64,000 nucleotides of DNA from Octopus sinensis (lineage: Eukaryota): contig NC_043023.1 in NCBI RefSeq assembly GCF_006345805.1, positions 14,198,001 to 14,262,000 on the forward strand. The letters run 5' to 3'. The notes under the pieces were generated by a model. That model was not told the DNA's origin, made no database searches, and saw only the letters and a program-made list of their open reading frames with translations. This document shows positions 60,337 through 64,000 of the stretch, in pieces. The stretch's first letter is position 1. The number at the start of each line of letters is the position of its first letter. Made by a program: the position numbers and the translations under genes.

Positions 60337-60745
60337 CTATATATATATATTAATTTATTAATATTTAGCAGAAGTAACAGAGTGACTCAAGGTCCAACTG
60401 TTTCATCTGTTGGCCTTCAAGCTGGTGACTAGTTTGATAATCGCCAACGGACCAAACTCTCAGGTCTTGAGTCATTCAGTTACTTCTGCTAAAAATATAC
60501 ATTACTCATATTTTCCTGTTTGCACCAACACACCTATATATACGTAAATGTTGGATCTAAATATATATATGTACACACACATACATACATATATGTATAT
60601 AAAATAAATAGCGGCATAAGCAGTGTAATACCAAAAAGTAATCTTTATTTCCATCTTAACTTGGCGGTTGTGTTAGAAGAACCTCTGGTATGGACTTTTG
60701 GCATCATACATCCAGGTCCTCTCTAGATAAATAATACAGTATACT

Positions 60746-61315
60746 TATTTCTTTACTGCCCACAAGGGGCTACACACAGAGGGGACAAACAAGGACAGAC
60801 AAAGGGATTAAGTCAATTAGATCAACCCCAGTGCGTAACTGGTACTTAATTTATCGACCCCGAAAGGATGAAAGACAAAGTCAACCTCGGTGGAATTTGA
60901 ACTCAGAATGTAAAGACATATCTATTTCTTTACTACCCACAAGGGGCTATTTCTTTACTACCCAGTGCGTAACTGGTACTTATTTAATCGACCCCAAAAA
61001 GATGAAAGGCAAATTCGACCTCGGCTGAATTTGAACTCAGAACATAGTGGCAGACGAAATACCACTGAGTATTTCAGCCGGCGTGCTAAAGTTTCTTATT
61101 TCTTTACTGACCACAAGGAGCTACACACAGAGGGGACAAACGGGTTAAGTCGATTATATCGATTCCAGTACCTAACTGGTACTTATTTAATTGACCCCAA
61201 AAGGATGAATGGCAAAGTCGACCTTGGCAGGATTTGAACTAAGAATGTAGCGGCAGATGAAATATCGCTAAGCATTTCGCCCAGCATGCTAACGTTTCTG
61301 CCAGCTCGCCACCTT
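60746..61315 (-). mobile_element. Tandem array of SINE family B, 3-4 partial units
   Basis: Homology to family B. Confidence 0.85.
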
Positions 61316-61639
61316 AGTATTAATACTTAATACCGTATTCTATGTTCTAACAACAACCATGTTAAGTTAGAGAGCAAGATTACCCTTTGATATATGTGTG
61401 CATGTACCAGTGTAGCATATACATTTACCCGTTATACAAACATAAATTGAAACATTCTTATTTGCAGAAATAGTTGTAAATGTCGTATAAAGCATCCTAA
61501 AATTTACCCATTATTTAAAGATGCAATATTTTGTGCCTTATTCAAGCATAAACTGGAACATTCTTTTCTGCAAAAATTATGGCATATTATTGCATGATGC
61601 CTCCTAAAATTCCTTTGTTTTGTTGTTCACTCTTAATTA

Positions 61640-61760
61640 AATATGGTGACTCAACCAAAGAAATATGAACTAAAAAATGTAGCAATGAAAATGGCCAGTG
61701 AAAAAAAGAAATGAGGTGATAAAACAGTTGGAACATGATTGAAGGCTGTCAACACCATCA
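61640..61760 (+). mobile_element. Possible Tigger/pogo transposase N-terminal remnant
   Basis: MVTQPKKY...KK/EVIKQLEH resembles a CENP-B-type HTH start; frameshifted. Confidence 0.3.
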
Positions 61761-62100
61761 GCCAATGTCCTTGTTCCTTGCTTGCATGGGTTGGCCGATC
61801 TGACAAGGATCTGAGGAGTCAAAGCACTACATGGTGTTCCCCTTCCTAACACCAACCACTTCATCAGCAGGTACGCCTAGATTTAACATTTTTTATACGC
61901 TACGCCACTGGTAGTAAAAATTTCGAAAATTTTTTATTACCCTGATATTATTAATTATTGGTAATTTTTTCTGGAAAATTTTTGAAAATACACCGGCATT
62001 ATTTTATTTACCGCCGACAAAAACTGCGCTTGGATTATAATGTAGAAGGAAAGGGAAACAAGCTGGATTGCCTCGTACTTATATGTTAAATCTACGCATA

Positions 62101-62169
62101 CCTGCTGATGAAGACTTCACCTAGCAAATTATTTTATTTGCTAAAGAAAGTCTGAAACCATGGTCCAGG
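62101..62169 (+). ncRNA. Canonical minimal type I hammerhead ribozyme motif
   Basis: CCUG-CUGAUGA-AGACUU[UAGCAAAU/AUUUGCUA]AAGUCU-GAAA-C CAUG GUC-CAGG; all core bases intact; palindrome ACCAUGGU. Confidence 0.8.
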
Positions 62170-62983
62170 AGATAGATAGTAAATATTTTTATTTTTCGTT
62201 TTCTTCGAAGTTTATCCCTAATAGTAGTTTGGATTTTAACTGTTCCTTCTAGCATGCAAGGAATCCTATGACAGACACCTCTTATGTGTTTAAATGTAAA
62301 CTGTATTTATATATATATAAACTATCTACAAGACATAAAACGTGACAATTTTAACTATTCCTCTGTAGATAGTAAAAGTGATGAACAGCCTTCATAGATT
62401 TTCAGTCTTTAGTCTTTATCACACAATCAATCACAGAGAAAGACGCAGCCAATCTGTTTACATACACAACAAACTCAGTAGCTAAACAGAACTGGGGCAA
62501 CTAATTTCCATAAAATATATATTTGACACTTCAATTAATATCTGTGGCATGTTAACCAAGATTCCAGTCAATACAGTGATCAAGGCATGATATATATATA
62601 ACCTGGCAATAAAAATATATATGTATATATTTATACATAATACATATTATAAATGTGAATGTAATATGTGACAATTATTCGTTTTTATCAATATATATAT
62701 ATATATATATATAGGTATGAACTCTCGGAGTGGTTGGCATTAGGAAGGGCATCCAGCCATAGAAAACCATTCCAAATCAGACTGGAGCCTGGTGCAGCCT
62801 TCCAGCATGGATATATTACATATATCATCATATCATTTAACATCCGTTGTCCATGCGAGCATGGGTTGGACGGTTTGACCAGGCTGGCATGGTGGAAGGC
62901 TGCACCAGACTCCAGTCTGATTTGGCATGGTTTTCTATAGCTGGATGCCCTTCCTAATGCCAACCACTCCAAGAGTTCATACC

Positions 62984-63043
<60 letters not shown>

Positions 63044-63053
63044 TATATGCATG

Positions 63054-63108
<55 letters not shown>

Positions 63109-63539
63109 GCATATGTGTGTGTATATATATATATATATATGCATGTATATATATATTATACTTATATCGTGGTACTCCATTGGTTATGATGAGGGTTCCA
63201 GTTGATCCGATCAATGGAACAGCCTGCTCGTGAAATTAATGTACAAGTGGCTGAGTACTCCACAGACACGTGTACCCTTAATGTAGTTCTCGGGGAGATT
63301 CAGCATGACACAGAGTACGACAAGGCTGGCCCCTTTGAAATACAGATACAACAGAAAGAGTGAGAGAAAGTCGTAGTGAAAGAATACAGCAGGGGTCAGG
63401 TCACCATCGCCCCCTGCTGGAGTCTGATGGAGCTTTAAGCGTCTTCACTGAATAAACACAACGCCCAGTCTGGGAATTGAAACCGCAATCGTACAATTGC
63501 AAGTCCACTGCCCTTGCTACTGGATCATTGCGCCTCCAC

Positions 63540-64000
63540 TTATATATACACATACGTGTATATACATACATATACACACACATATATACATACATATACA
63601 CACACATATATATATATACATATATACATACATATACACATACATATACACATATATACATACACATATATACATACATATACACATATATACATACACA
63701 TATATACATACACATATATACATACATATACATATATACATACATATACACATATAAAAACATACACACATATATATATACATACACATATATACATATA
63801 CATACACATATATACATATATATATACATACACATATATATACATACACATATATATATATACATACATACATATATATACATACATACATATATATACA
63901 TACATACATACATATACATACATACATACATATATATACATACATACATATATATACATACATACATATATATACATACATACATATATATACATACATA
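63540..64000. repeat. Compound (TA)n/(CA)n/(TACA)n microsatellite
   Basis: Direct inspection. Confidence 0.95.

Noticed and set aside
60680-60725. Candidate exon RTWMYDAKSPYQR
   Set aside because: Weak donor (gttctt) and no homology support
62190-62290. VCHRIPCMLEGTVK, loosely like DWNN VIVRRIP
   Set aside because: No IPKN motif or suitable splice sites
467-64000. Dozens of ORF-track ORFs rich in YI/CV/HT/LS repeats (e.g. 467-844, 28542-28833, 49202-49997, 63401-63999)
   Set aside because: Translations of microsatellites or SINEs; no coding signal

Overview
Animal genomic DNA, very likely an octopus (inferred from the tRNA-derived SINE families and dense (TA)n/(CA)n/(GATA)n tracts). The whole window lies inside one minus-strand gene, RBBP6 (E3 ubiquitin ligase and pre-mRNA 3'-processing factor). 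I hand-spliced 15 exons with GT-AG boundaries and matching phases (56288 down to 1; 4194 nt, 1398 codons): linker, CCHC zinc knuckle, RING, Pro/Gln-rich region, coiled coil, RS domain and Lys/His-rich tail. The N-terminal DWNN exons appear to lie beyond base 64000 and the stop codon before base 1. Introns are packed with SINEs, RTE/CR1/R4-Dong LINE pieces, Helitron, piggyBac and pogo non-autonomous elements, and TE-derived minisatellites. The most striking unannotated signal is about 15 minimal type I hammerhead-ribozyme motifs with palindromic stem III, the type known from Penelope-like retroelements, in several unrelated sequence families. They occur as long rods, as head-to-head inverted pairs (one inside a near-perfect 713-bp inverted repeat) and at the tail of a tRNA-headed SINE. 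Three families share a non-canonical CCGAnGA core. All structures were derived by eye; no activity or database match has been tested, and comparisons with human RBBP6 are from memory.
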